A stretch of 64,000 bases of DNA, from contig JBJHDK010000004.1 of NCBI GenBank assembly GCA_050486505.1, positions 2,548 through 66,547 of the forward strand, written 5' to 3'. The DNA comes from Fibrobacteria bacterium (GTDB lineage Bacteria > Fibrobacterota > Fibrobacteria > UBA11236). Shown here in pieces: positions 9,107-18,372 of this stretch (the stretch's first letter is position 1; each line of letters starts with the position of its first letter). A model generated the notes under the pieces. It saw only the letters and a list, made by a program, of their open reading frames with translations, had not been told where the DNA came from and ran no database searches. Position numbers and translations under genes: made by a program.

Positions 9107-9679
9107 CTAGTTGTTGAGAAGTTTCTCCCGATCATAGATGAACTCCTGCCGGGTCTGGTACACTTTCGGCACCTTGTTGGTCATCTCGATGGCTTCCTTG
9201 GGGCAGGCCTCCACGCAGTAGCCGCAGTAGATGCACTTCAGCATGTCGATCTCGAACACGCGCGGAATCTTGTCGCGACCTTCCCACTCGGGCGGCGCAG
9301 CCTCGGCCTCGATGGTGATGCAATGCGCGGGGCAGGCGGTGGCGCACATGTAACAGGCCACGCACTTCATGTGTCCTTCGTCGTCCTTCGTCAGGCGATG
9401 CTCCCCGCGGAAGCGCTCGCTCACGCGCGGCTTCTCCTCGGGGTAGTTGAAGGTCACCGGCTTGCGGAAGAACTCGCGGAGCGAAATGAGCATGCCCTTC
9501 GCGATCATCGGCAGGTAGATGCGCGTGATCCACGACATCTTTTCGGTCACCTTGCGCGCGGCCGAAGGAGCGGGAACCTGTTCCGCAGGCTCGCCGCCGT
9601 TCAGGATGACGGGGGGTTCCTTGACATCCATTCCCTGCCAGGGGTTCCGGGGCGTCTGAGAAGAAGCACTACCGGACAT
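9107..9679 (-). CDS. nuoI: NADH-quinone oxidoreductase subunit I (2x[4Fe-4S] ferredoxin-type)
   Basis: Two CxxCxxCxxxCP motifs (CIYCGYCVEACP, CVACYMCATACP). 190 aa. Confidence 0.93.
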   Translation of the reverse strand: MSGSASSQTPRNPWQGMDVKEPPVILNGGEPAEQVPAPSAARKVTEKMSWITRIYLPMIAKGMLISLREFFRKPVTFNYPEEKPRVSERFRGEHRLTKDDEGHMKCVACYMCATACPAHCITIEAEAAPPEWEGRDKIPRVFEIDMLKCIYCGYCVEACPKEAIEMTNKVPKVYQTRQEFIYDREKLLNN

Positions 9680-10742
9680 ACCAGCCTCCGAACTCCATTG
9701 CCAGCGCGACGAAGAGAATGTTGACCAAGGCGATGGGGATGAGCTTCGTCCAGCCGAGCTTCATCAACTGATCCCAACGGAAGCGCGGAAGCGTCCAGCG
9801 CACCCACATGAAGAAGAAGACCATGGCCACGACCTTCGCGAGGAAGATGCCGAAGCTCGCGATGCCCGCGACATACCAAGGGAAGGCCTCGAGCCAGCCG
9901 AGCCACGCTTCGGGAAGCGTCCACCCGCCGAGGAAGAGCGTGACCATCACCGCGCACATGGCCCACAACGCGGCATACTCGCCCAGCATGAACCACGCGT
10001 AGCGCATGCCGGTGTATTCGGTGAAGTAGCCGCCCACGATCTCCTGCTCGGCTTCAGGCAGATCGAAGGGCGCGCGGTTGGTTTCGGCGAAGGCCGCGAT
10101 GAGAAAGAGGATGAAGGTCAGGGGGTTCAGGAACAGGTTCCACGCGGGGAGGACGCTGCCCTGTTGTTGCTGCACGATCTCCGCGAGATTGAGCGTGCCT
10201 GTGGTCATGATCAGCGCGATCACCGAAAGCAACATCACGATCTCGTAGCTGATCAGCTGCGCCGAGGAACGGATGCCGCCGAGAAGACTGTACTGGTTGT
10301 TCGATGCCCAGCCTCCGAACGCAAGGCCGTAGGAAGCGACGGAGGAAATCGCCATCACCACGAGCAAGCCCATCTGCACGTAACTCACCGCCAGCACGCC
10401 GTCGGGTCCGAGGAAGCCCGCGCCCGGGGCCTGCCCCACGGGAATGAGCGCGAAGGCGATCACGCCGGGCAGAAAGGTCATCAGCGGCGCGGCGAGGAAG
10501 AGCACGCGGTCGGTGTTGCGCGGGAAGAAGTCTTCCTTCCACATCAGCTTGAGCGCGTCGGCGGCGGCCTGCAGCAGGCCGAAGGGGCCCACGCGATTCG
10601 GGCCGAGGCGACGCTGGATCCGCGCCGAGATCTTGCGCTCCATCCACACCAGCATGGGCACGGCGCTCAGGACGATGCCGATGGCGACCAGCATCTTGAT
10701 CACCGCGATGGCGAGGGGGTGTTGCAGGGTGGCGGCGATCAT
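9669..10742 (-). CDS. nuoH: NADH-quinone oxidoreductase subunit H
   Basis: 357-aa polytopic NuoH/ND1 protein (…GWASNNQYSLLGGIRSSAQLISYEI…). Confidence 0.93.
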   Translation of the reverse strand: MIAATLQHPLAIAVIKMLVAIGIVLSAVPMLVWMERKISARIQRRLGPNRVGPFGLLQAAADALKLMWKEDFFPRNTDRVLFLAAPLMTFLPGVIAFALIPVGQAPGAGFLGPDGVLAVSYVQMGLLVVMAISSVASYGLAFGGWASNNQYSLLGGIRSSAQLISYEIVMLLSVIALIMTTGTLNLAEIVQQQQGSVLPAWNLFLNPLTFILFLIAAFAETNRAPFDLPEAEQEIVGGYFTEYTGMRYAWFMLGEYAALWAMCAVMVTLFLGGWTLPEAWLGWLEAFPWYVAGIASFGIFLAKVVAMVFFFMWVRWTLPRFRWDQLMKLGWTKLIPIALVNILFVALAMEFGGWYVR

Positions 10743-12214
10743 GCCGGAGTTCCCTGTTGGGGCGAATAATTATTCGCCCTTACATCACCCCGCAACGCCG
10801 CCACGATCTCCGTTTCGGGCATCCCGAAGGTCACCGGTTCCATGACGGGTTCGAAGGTCTGGGCGACGCCGGTGCGGTTGACGAAGGTTCCGGCCTTCTC
10901 GAACGTGGTCAACGTGGGCAGAGCCACGGCCACATTCCCGTAGCGCAGCAGCTCGCCCGATGCGAAGTCGAGAAGCACCACGTTTTCGCTGCGGTCGAGC
11001 ACGGACTTGAGTTCCGGCGTGAGCACGAAGCCGGGGATGTTGTGCACCAGCAACAAGGTGCCGATGCGTCCGGTCTCGGCGGCCAGCGCTCGCAGGGACG
11101 CGGCGGGATCGTCGATGCCCAAGATTTGTTTCAGGCCCGCGGTGTTGGGGTTCTTGTCGCCGCTGATGGTGAAACCGGGGAAGACCTGGTCGGCGACGAC
11201 GGGGTTGCCGTACCCGAAGAGACGGGCATGGGGGGCTGCTTCGGAAAGCACTTCCTTCAGGGACGTCATGGCCTCGTTGGTGTTCCACGCGGAGATCAAC
11301 GCCACCGTGTCGGGGGCCGCGAGCAGGTCGAGCGCGGCACGGCGCGCTTCGCGCCAGGTCGCGTCGCGGCCCTGCACCTTGGGTTTGCCCAGCCGGTCGA
11401 CATGCGCGTAGCCGAAGGAGAGACGGCCGCTGTCGCACATCCATTCCTTGTTGACCGCGTCGTTGCGGCGGGGAACGATGCGCTTGATACGGTCCTTCGC
11501 ATCCATGTCGACGCGCGTGTTGCAACCGACCGAGCAGTCGGCGCACACGGAAGGGTTCGAGTGCAGGTTCCACACGCGCGACTGGAACAGAAAGTCCGAG
11601 GAGACGAGCGCGCCCACGGGACAGATGTCCACGGTGTTCATCGACAGGGGATTGTCGAGGACCCGGCCCGGGAAGGTCGCGATCTCGCTGCGGTCGCCGC
11701 GATAGATGACGCCCAGTTCTCCGGTCCCCGAAACCTCGTCGGTGAAGCGCACGCAGCGGGTGCACACGATGCAGCGGGAACCCCAATACTTGACATGCGG
11801 GCCCATGGTGGCTTTCGACTTGCGCACCTTCTCTTCGCGGAAGCGCCCGTGGTCGCGGCCGTGCTCCACGCTGTAATCCTGCAGCTTGCACTCGCCCGAC
11901 TGATCGCATTCGGGGCAGTCGAGCGGATGGTTGATGAGAAGGAACTCCATCACGCCCTTGCGCGCCTCCACGGCATCGGGAGCCATGGTGGAAACCTCCA
12001 TGCCCTCGGCGACGGGGGTGGCGCAACCCACCACCGGGCGCGGCATGCCCTTCACGTTGACCATGCAGATGCGGCAGTTGCCGGCGATGCTCAAATCGGG
12101 GTGGTAGCAGTAGTGGGGAATGTCGACGTCGTTGGCGTGCGCCGCGCGGATCACGGTCCAGTCCGCGGGAACGGTGACGTCCTTGCCGTCGATTTTGAGG
12201 GAGACTTGTTTCAT
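10739..12214 (-). CDS. nuoG: NADH-quinone oxidoreductase subunit G (short form, about 490 aa)
   Basis: N-terminal 2Fe-2S ferredoxin motifs and 4Fe-4S motifs (CYHPDLSIAGNCRICMV…, HPLDCPECDQSGEC). The ORF extends to 12259, but the start is probably ATG 12214 (MKQVSLKIDG…), which leaves the inverted-repeat element intergenic. Confidence 0.85.
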   Translation of the reverse strand: MKQVSLKIDGKDVTVPADWTVIRAAHANDVDIPHYCYHPDLSIAGNCRICMVNVKGMPRPVVGCATPVAEGMEVSTMAPDAVEARKGVMEFLLINHPLDCPECDQSGECKLQDYSVEHGRDHGRFREEKVRKSKATMGPHVKYWGSRCIVCTRCVRFTDEVSGTGELGVIYRGDRSEIATFPGRVLDNPLSMNTVDICPVGALVSSDFLFQSRVWNLHSNPSVCADCSVGCNTRVDMDAKDRIKRIVPRRNDAVNKEWMCDSGRLSFGYAHVDRLGKPKVQGRDATWREARRAALDLLAAPDTVALISAWNTNEAMTSLKEVLSEAAPHARLFGYGNPVVADQVFPGFTISGDKNPNTAGLKQILGIDDPAASLRALAAETGRIGTLLLVHNIPGFVLTPELKSVLDRSENVVLLDFASGELLRYGNVAVALPTLTTFEKAGTFVNRTGVAQTFEPVMEPVTFGMPETEIVAALRGDVRANNYSPQQGTPA

Positions 12215-12235
12215 CTCGGTGTAGACCCATTCGGA

Positions 12236-12340
12236 CATTGGACAGTGGACAATGGACAATGGACAATGGAAGTCCGTATCGCGAACCCGCCGTAGCCCGC
12301 AACGGGTTGCCCTCTATTCCCCATTGTCCACTGCCCACTG
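12236..12340. repeat. Long inverted repeat with (TGGACAA)x3 tandem heptads between nuoF and nuoG
   Basis: Left arm tggacagtggacaatggacaatggacaatgg. Right arm ccattgtccactgcccactgtcca, which is the near-perfect reverse complement. The arms are separated by about 45 nt that carry their own small palindrome. Confidence 0.6.
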
Positions 12341-12347
12341 TCCATTC

Positions 12348-13736
12348 TCATTTCCTCTCCCCCATTCCCACGCCCATCACGCTGGGGGCGCCGTTGCGGG
12401 CGGCGTCGCGCTTGGCGGCGGGGGTGATCTCGTCACGGGCGGTGCGTTCCCGCATCTTGCTCGCGCCGAGCGAAGTCGAGGCGTCGAACTCGCCGCGGAA
12501 ATGCTGCAGGTAGCTTTGCATGGGCATGGCGGCGGCATCGGCAAGCACGCAGATGGTGCGGCCGCGCATGTTCTTGGCCACCTCGCCGAGCAGGTCGGCG
12601 TCACCGGCGCGCGCATGGTTCTCGTGGAAGCGGTGCGCCAGTTTCTCGAGCCAGCCGGTGCCCTCGCGGCACGGGGTGCATTGGCCGCACGACTCGTGGT
12701 GGTAGAAGCGCATGGTGTTGTACGCCGCCGACATCAGGTCGACGCCGTCGTGCAGCACCGTGATCCCCCCGGATCCCAGCATGGAACCCAAAGACGCGAG
12801 GCTTTCGTAGTCGAGCGTGCATTGCTCCACCATGTCGGGCGTGAGCAGCGGCGCGGAGAGCCCCCCGGGGATGACGGCCTTCAGGGAGCGCCCCTCGACA
12901 AGGCCTCCGCCGTACTGGTCGATGAAGTCGCGCATGCGAATGCCGAGCGGAACCTCGTACACCCCCGGCTTGCGCACCGCGCCCGAGAGGCAGAAGATCT
13001 TGAAGCCCGGGCTCTTTTCCGTGCCCCACTGGCGGTGCCAGGCGGCGCCGTGCTCGAGGATATGCTTCACCGTGGCGATGGTCTCGACGTTGTTGACGAT
13101 GGTCGGGCAACCGAAAAGCCCCGAAACGGCGGGGAAGGGCGGCTTGATCTTGGGATACCCGCGCCCGCCCTCGATCGAGGAGAGCATGCCGGTCTCTTCG
13201 CCGCAGATGTAGGCGCCCGCGCCGCGCACCACGGTGACGGTGAGGTCGAAGTTCGTGCCGAAGATGCCCTTGCCGAGAATTCCCTTCGCCTTCGCCTCGC
13301 GCACCGCGGCTTCGAGCCGTTGGTATCCGAGGACGAACTCGCCGCGCAGGTAGACGAAGGCCTGGTGGCTCTGGATGGCCCAGCAGGTGAGCAGGATGCC
13401 CTCGAGCAACTGGTGCGGATCCTTCTCGATGATGTGGCGGTCCTTGAAGGTCCCCGGCTCGCTCTCGTCGCCGTTGACGGCGAGGTAGGCGGGCTTGCCC
13501 GTACCCTTGGCGAGGAAGCCCCACTTCATTCCCGTGGGAAAGCCCGCGCCGCCGCGGCCGCGCAGGCCCGACTCCTTGACGATGGCGACAAGCGATTCCG
13601 GATCTGCTTGGCCCACCAGTTTGCGGGCGGTCTCGTAGCCGCCGCGCGCCGTGTAATGCTCTAGGGTGTGGGAACCTTCCTCGTGGACATGCTTGAGGAG
13701 GATCGGGGAAAACGGAGTCGCGGAAGTGGCGGTCAT
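12348..13736 (-). CDS. nuoF: NADH-quinone oxidoreductase subunit F (FMN/NADH-binding, 4Fe-4S)
   Basis: Start at ATG 13736 (MTATSATPF…), which overlaps the nuoE stop as ATGA. Classic NuoF motifs are present (GRGGAGFPTG, ESEPGTFKDR, CGQCTPCREG). The 649-aa ORF in the track is an upstream read-through artefact. Confidence 0.93.
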   Translation of the reverse strand: MTATSATPFSPILLKHVHEEGSHTLEHYTARGGYETARKLVGQADPESLVAIVKESGLRGRGGAGFPTGMKWGFLAKGTGKPAYLAVNGDESEPGTFKDRHIIEKDPHQLLEGILLTCWAIQSHQAFVYLRGEFVLGYQRLEAAVREAKAKGILGKGIFGTNFDLTVTVVRGAGAYICGEETGMLSSIEGGRGYPKIKPPFPAVSGLFGCPTIVNNVETIATVKHILEHGAAWHRQWGTEKSPGFKIFCLSGAVRKPGVYEVPLGIRMRDFIDQYGGGLVEGRSLKAVIPGGLSAPLLTPDMVEQCTLDYESLASLGSMLGSGGITVLHDGVDLMSAAYNTMRFYHHESCGQCTPCREGTGWLEKLAHRFHENHARAGDADLLGEVAKNMRGRTICVLADAAAMPMQSYLQHFRGEFDASTSLGASKMRERTARDEITPAAKRDAARNGAPSVMGVGMGERK

Positions 13737-14464
13737 GCGTTCCCCCGTTCGACGGGATCGGAGACCGGCGCAGTCAGGGGCGTCTTCAACGGCGGTGGAA
13801 CGACCGTCGTGCGCGGCGCGGTTCCCGGAGCCAGATAGGGATCTTTGTCGTCGAAGCGGCGTGCGCCGGTTTGCGTTTCGCCCTCGAAGTTGTAGTGGTT
13901 CGGCAGCACCGACACGCGCAGGTCCATGGCGAGGCCCGGCTTGCCCTGATAGTCGGCGACAGATTTGCCCTCGGCCTTGAGAAGCGAGTCGATGTAGTTG
14001 TCGAGCACGACACCCTTCATGGAGCAGAAGTGCTCGGAGTCCTTTTGCACCACGGGCGGCTTGTCGCAGTCGGCAAGGCACTCGACCTTCTCGCAGGAGA
14101 ACAGGCCGTCCGCGGTGCGCTCGCCGGGGCCGATGCCGATCCGCGCGCGGATCTGCCGCAGGGCCTGCGCGGTGTTGCCGTCGAGCGCGCACATCAGCGT
14201 GGCGCACACCATGAAACGGTGCTTGCCGTGCGCGGGGCGCTTGAAGTGGGTGTAGAAGGTGACCATGCCCTGCACGTGGGCGACGCTGACACCGCACAGT
14301 TCCGCGGCGATGAGCATGCCGTCGTCGTCGATGCAGCCGAACTCCTCCTCGACGAGGCGGAGCACCATCATGAGCATGGAGCGCTTGTTGGGGTACTCGT
14401 CGACCCAGTCGTGGAATTGCTTCATCCCCTCGGGGGAGAGGGTTTTCTTCGTGTCGGCACTCAT
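13733..14464 (-). CDS. nuoE: NADH-quinone oxidoreductase subunit E (24 kDa, 2Fe-2S) with Pro-rich C-terminal extension
   Basis: NuoE/thioredoxin-like core (…CATLMCALDG…EKVECLADC…) followed by a Pro/Thr-rich tail of about 70 aa. 243 aa. Confidence 0.88.
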   Translation of the reverse strand: MSADTKKTLSPEGMKQFHDWVDEYPNKRSMLMMVLRLVEEEFGCIDDDGMLIAAELCGVSVAHVQGMVTFYTHFKRPAHGKHRFMVCATLMCALDGNTAQALRQIRARIGIGPGERTADGLFSCEKVECLADCDKPPVVQKDSEHFCSMKGVVLDNYIDSLLKAEGKSVADYQGKPGLAMDLRVSVLPNHYNFEGETQTGARRFDDKDPYLAPGTAPRTTVVPPPLKTPLTAPVSDPVERGNA

Positions 14465-15675
14465 CAGCGATCCAGCTCCCCGGCGATGATGTTGAGCGAA
14501 CCCAGGATCGCCACCACGTCGGCCAGCATCGCCCCCTCCATCAACTTCCCGAAGATCGGGTAGTTGATGAACGAAGGCGGACGCACGCGCACGCGCCAGG
14601 GGTTCGAGCTCCCGTCGGAGACAAGGTGGAAGCCCAGCTCCCCGTTGGGGGACTCCGTGGCGGAATACAGGTCGGTGACCGGAGGATTCAGCCCGTGCTC
14701 CTCGCCCGGCATGATCATCTTGAAATGGTGGATCATCGATTCCATGTCGGTGTAGGTCGACAGCTTGTCGGGCAGGGCGTGCTTCTGGTCGAGCGCAGAG
14801 ATGGGGCCCGGCTCCAGCATCTTCAGCGCCTGGCGCACGATGCGGATGCTCTGGTCCATCTCGTCGAGACGAACCTTGTAGCGCGCCAGGCAGTCGCCCT
14901 CGGTGTACACCGGCACGTCGAAGTCGAGCTCGTTGTAGATCAGGTAGGGGCGATACTTGCGCAGGTCGTATTCCACGCCCGCCGCGCGCGCCAAGGGGCC
15001 GGTGATGCCATAGCTGTCGGCCTCTTCCGCCGTGATGATCCCGATGCCCGCCGTGCGGTCGATGAAGATACGGTTCTTGTAGAAGCTCTCACGCAGCATC
15101 CCGACAGTCTTCTCCATGCTGTCGAGGATCGTCAGCACGCGCTTCTCGAAGTCGGCGGGCAGGTCGAAGGCCACTCCTCCCACGCGGGTGTAACTCGTGG
15201 TGAGGCGCGTGCCCGTCACCGCCTCGAACACGTCGTAGAGCTTCTCGCGCTCGACGAAGGTCCACAACAGCGAGGAAAAGGCGCCGAGGTCCATGGCGAG
15301 CGCGCCCACGCACAGGGAGTGGTCGGCCATGCGCGACAGCTCACACAGGATGGTGCGGATGACCTGGCAGCGCCGCGGCGTCTCGAGCCCGATCAACTCC
15401 TCGACGGCAAGGGCAAAGCCGATATTGTTGTTGAGCGGCGAGAAATAATTGAGCCGGTCGCTCAGCGTGATGAACTGGTTGTAGGTGCGGTATTCGCCCA
15501 GCTTTTCGAAGCCGGTGTGCAGGAACCCGATTTCCTGCTCGGCACGCAGCACGCGCTCGCCGCGCACCTCCATCATCACGCGCAAGGTGCCGTGCATCGC
15601 GGGATGCGAAGGCCCCACGTTCATGCGGACGACGTTGTCGTCGCGCTCGGTGACTTCTTGCTCGTAGGAATACAT
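14464..15675 (-). CDS. nuoD: NADH-quinone oxidoreductase subunit D (49 kDa)
   Basis: Start at ATG 15675 (MYSYEQEVTERDDNVVRMNVGPSHPAMHGTLRV…). Canonical NuoD sequence. The longer ORF N-terminus is not used. Confidence 0.93.
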   Translation of the reverse strand: MYSYEQEVTERDDNVVRMNVGPSHPAMHGTLRVMMEVRGERVLRAEQEIGFLHTGFEKLGEYRTYNQFITLSDRLNYFSPLNNNIGFALAVEELIGLETPRRCQVIRTILCELSRMADHSLCVGALAMDLGAFSSLLWTFVEREKLYDVFEAVTGTRLTTSYTRVGGVAFDLPADFEKRVLTILDSMEKTVGMLRESFYKNRIFIDRTAGIGIITAEEADSYGITGPLARAAGVEYDLRKYRPYLIYNELDFDVPVYTEGDCLARYKVRLDEMDQSIRIVRQALKMLEPGPISALDQKHALPDKLSTYTDMESMIHHFKMIMPGEEHGLNPPVTDLYSATESPNGELGFHLVSDGSSNPWRVRVRPPSFINYPIFGKLMEGAMLADVVAILGSLNIIAGELDR

Positions 15676-15676
15676 G

Positions 15677-16234
15677 TCAGTCGCGCGCCTCCGCGGGTGC
15701 CCTGTGCGCCGGAATCGCATGGTACACCGGGAAGGCACCGCGCTCGCCCCGGCCGCGCAGGGGATAGTCCTTGCGCAGGGGATAACCTTCGTAGTCATCG
15801 GGCATGAGAATGCGCTTCAGGTCGGGATGCCCGGTGAACTCGATTCCGTAGAGGTCGAAGATCTCGCGCTCAGTCCAGTCGCAGCCGGCGAACAGGTCGA
15901 CATTCGAGTCGATGCGGGGCGCGTCCGCGGGCACGAAGGCGCGCACCTGGGCCTTTACTCCGAGTTTGGGGGACAGGAGGGTCGTCACGACCGCAAAGCG
16001 TTCGGGCATGGCCTTGGGGTATTTCAGGTAATCGGCGCCGCAGCAATCGACGAAGCGGGTGAACGCCAACTCGGGGTCTTCCTTGAGAAGGCGCACCAGA
16101 TCGCGGGCATCGGCACCACGCACGGAGAACTGCACGTACTGGGTCTTCTCTTCCTTGCCGAGAAGGCGGTCCCCGAAGGCGGCTTCCACCTTGCCCGCGA
16201 GAACGGAAAGATTCCCCTTGCGGTAGGTCAGCAT
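15677..16234 (-). CDS. nuoC: NADH-quinone oxidoreductase subunit C (30 kDa)
   Basis: 185-aa NuoC-like protein, separate from nuoD (not a fused CD subunit). Confidence 0.88.
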   Translation of the reverse strand: MLTYRKGNLSVLAGKVEAAFGDRLLGKEEKTQYVQFSVRGADARDLVRLLKEDPELAFTRFVDCCGADYLKYPKAMPERFAVVTTLLSPKLGVKAQVRAFVPADAPRIDSNVDLFAGCDWTEREIFDLYGIEFTGHPDLKRILMPDDYEGYPLRKDYPLRGRGERGAFPVYHAIPAHRAPAEARD

Positions 16235-16237
16235 GGA

Positions 16238-16825
16238 TCAGTGCCCCCCGTTTCCCTCTGTCCCGACGCGGGACGACGAGGACGCAAAGGCATCGGGCGA
16301 ACGATAGTTGGGCGACAGCGAGGGGTCGCGCGCGAGGTCGTCGCTGATGAACTCCGTGGACTTGGCCTTGCCCTGTTTCGCCTTTTCCTGCACGGCCATC
16401 AGGGCCTCGATGAAGGCCTCGGGGCGCGGGGGGCAGCCGGGCATGTAGGCGTCCACGGGGATGAACTGGTCGACGCCCTGGATCAGGGTGTAGGTGTCGA
16501 ACACCCCGCCGCTGCTGGCGCAGGCGCCCATCGAAATGCACCACTTGGGTTCGGGCATCTGTTCCCAGATGCGCTGCAGCACCGGCATCATCTTCAGGGA
16601 AATGCGTCCCGAAACGATCAGCAGGTCGGACTGGCGGGGCGTGAACTTGAGCACTTCGGATCCGAAGCGCGCGGCATCGTACTTCGAGCTGAACGTCGCC
16701 ATCATCTCGATGCCGCAGCACGCGGTGCCGAAGGGCATGGGCCACATCGAGTTGCCGCGCGCCCAGTTGATGGCGAAGCCCAGCCGCGTCGTGATGACGT
16801 CGTTGATGCGCTCGTTCAATCCCAT
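16238..16825 (-). CDS. nuoB: NADH-quinone oxidoreductase subunit B (20 kDa, 4Fe-4S N2)
   Basis: Start at ATG 16825 (MGLNERINDV…), overlapping the nuoA stop. Conserved NuoB motifs (GTACCGIEMM, CPPRPE). Confidence 0.93.
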   Translation of the reverse strand: MGLNERINDVITTRLGFAINWARGNSMWPMPFGTACCGIEMMATFSSKYDAARFGSEVLKFTPRQSDLLIVSGRISLKMMPVLQRIWEQMPEPKWCISMGACASSGGVFDTYTLIQGVDQFIPVDAYMPGCPPRPEAFIEALMAVQEKAKQGKAKSTEFISDDLARDPSLSPNYRSPDAFASSSSRVGTEGNGGH

Positions 16826-17178
16826 TCGAGGGCTCCCGTGCGAATGATGTAGAGCAGGCCGAGACCCAGCACGCCCATGAAGACCAGGACGGCGATCAAG
16901 GCGCCGCTGCCGAGCAGGTTCTGGTAATCCGCGGCGAAAGGCAGGAGGAAAATGGTCTCGATGTCGAAGAGGATGAAGAGCAGCGCGAAGACGTAGAACT
17001 TGATGGCGAAGGGGCGGTGCGGGTTCTGCATCTGGTCGACGCCGCACTCGTAGGGCTCGTATTTGACCTTGCTCCAGGTGCGGCGGGGCCCCAACAGGGA
17101 GGACAGGCCGAGACCCGCCACTCCGACAAGGAGGGCAAGCCCGATGAATGCCAGCAGCGGCAAATACTCGCTTAGCAC
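16816..17178 (-). CDS. nuoA: NADH-quinone oxidoreductase subunit A
   Basis: 120-aa NuoA/ND3 protein of three helices (…YECGVD…). It is the first gene of the nuoABCDEFGHI block, with a 350-nt non-coding region upstream. Confidence 0.9.
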   Translation of the reverse strand: MLSEYLPLLAFIGLALLVGVAGLGLSSLLGPRRTWSKVKYEPYECGVDQMQNPHRPFAIKFYVFALLFILFDIETIFLLPFAADYQNLLGSGALIAVLVFMGVLGLGLLYIIRTGALEWD

Positions 17179-17532
17179 CGAAAACGTCCTTTTTTTAGCG
17201 CTTTGGCAGGTTTCGGACTGTCTCCGAACCCCCTGCAGGCGCCCTTCCGGTCTCGAAAATCCGGCGGGCCGCCGGGTTTTAAAAGTGCCGAAATCGCGCG
17301 CGCGGCGCGAAATTTAGGAAACCCCGCGTCGAATCGGAACCGTGAAAATCGATTCCTGCGGCGAATCCCCTGATTTTCCTGCTTCCCCGCCACCCGCGAT
17401 TTCCGCTCTTGCGGACCTGTAACTCACTGTTTGCCGCTCACCGTGCACTGTCCGCCATTCGCTCTTCGTTGCCTGTTCTTTGTTAAATATCGTCGTCCCC
17501 CCCAACAGGGCCAAACGCGAAAGGACTCCGCC

Positions 17533-18348
17533 ATGGGCATCATCGATGGAAAAATCAAGCCGGCACTTCCCACTTGGGCCATGGGCGTCTGCCACGAAGA
17601 AAAGTGGTCGCTCGACAAGCTCTGCCAGGTCGCCAAGCAACTGGGCGTCGAGGCCATCGAGGTCGTGAACCCCGAGGACCTCCCCACTCTCAAGAAATAC
17701 GGTCTCGTCTCCTCGCTGACCGTGTCCCACTGGTTCACCAAGGGCTACGTCCACAAGAACTTCTGGAAAGAATGCGACGAGGCCTACAAGAAGGCCATCG
17801 ATGCCAACGCCGAGCACGGCTTCACCAATGTGGTGGCCTTCTGGGGCTACGGCGACAGCACCGCCGAGGGGGGCGGGGTCGTCTCTCTCGAGGATGCCAA
17901 GAAAAACCTCATCGAGGGGTACAAGAACATCGTCGGATACGCCGAAAAAAAGGGCGTGACCCTCTGCCTCGAACCCTTGAACAGCCGCGATGGCGCCGAC
18001 TGGAAGGGGCACCCCGAGTACCAGGGCTCCAACATGGACGACTGCATGGAAGTCATCAAGGCCGTGGGCTCTCCGGCGTTGAAGCTTCTCTTCGACATGT
18101 ACCACGTCCAGATCATGAACGGCGACCTCATCCGCCGGATCCGCGACAACGCCGAGTACATCGGCTACGTGCAGGCTGCCGGCGTTCCTGGGCGCCATGA
18201 GCTCGACGCCTCGCAGGAAATCAACTTCCCCGCCGTGCTCAAGGCCCTGGTCGACAACGGCTACCGCGGCTACCTCGGCATGGAGTACATCCCCACCAAA
18301 GATCCCATGGACTCGCTCTCCGAGGCCGTGGCGTTTTTCCGGCAATAA
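17533..18348 (+). CDS. Sugar phosphate isomerase/epimerase (xylose isomerase-like TIM barrel), hydroxypyruvate isomerase-like
   Basis: Start at ATG 17533 with an AAGGA ribosome-binding site. The sequence MGIIDGKIKPALPTWAMG…LCLEPLNSRD…LLFDMYHVQIMNGDL is typical of Hyi/OtnI-like TIM-barrel enzymes. The 396-aa antisense ORF 17314..18504 is rejected. Confidence 0.78.
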   Translation: MGIIDGKIKPALPTWAMGVCHEEKWSLDKLCQVAKQLGVEAIEVVNPEDLPTLKKYGLVSSLTVSHWFTKGYVHKNFWKECDEAYKKAIDANAEHGFTNVVAFWGYGDSTAEGGGVVSLEDAKKNLIEGYKNIVGYAEKKGVTLCLEPLNSRDGADWKGHPEYQGSNMDDCMEVIKAVGSPALKLLFDMYHVQIMNGDLIRRIRDNAEYIGYVQAAGVPGRHELDASQEINFPAVLKALVDNGYRGYLGMEYIPTKDPMDSLSEAVAFFRQ

Positions 18349-18372
18349 GCCGGACAGTGGGGGCTCCCCCCG

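Noticed and set aside
12252-13664. 470-aa plus-strand ORF and 517-aa minus-strand ORF 10785..12338
   Set aside because: They are alternative frames or the antisense of nuoF and nuoG, and have no recognisable domains.
13737-14297. N-terminal 187 aa of the 649-aa 'nuoF' ORF
   Set aside because: This read-through overlaps nuoE in another frame. The NuoF homology begins at the internal ATG 13736, which is ATGA-coupled to nuoE.
17179-17532. Near-palindromes in the nuoA upstream region (AAAATCCGGCGG/GCCGCCGGGTTTT, GAAAT direct repeats)
   Set aside because: They are imperfect and GC-driven. They are plausible promoter/operator elements for nuo and the isomerase gene, but they are not distinctive enough to call and I did not match them to any known regulator consensus.
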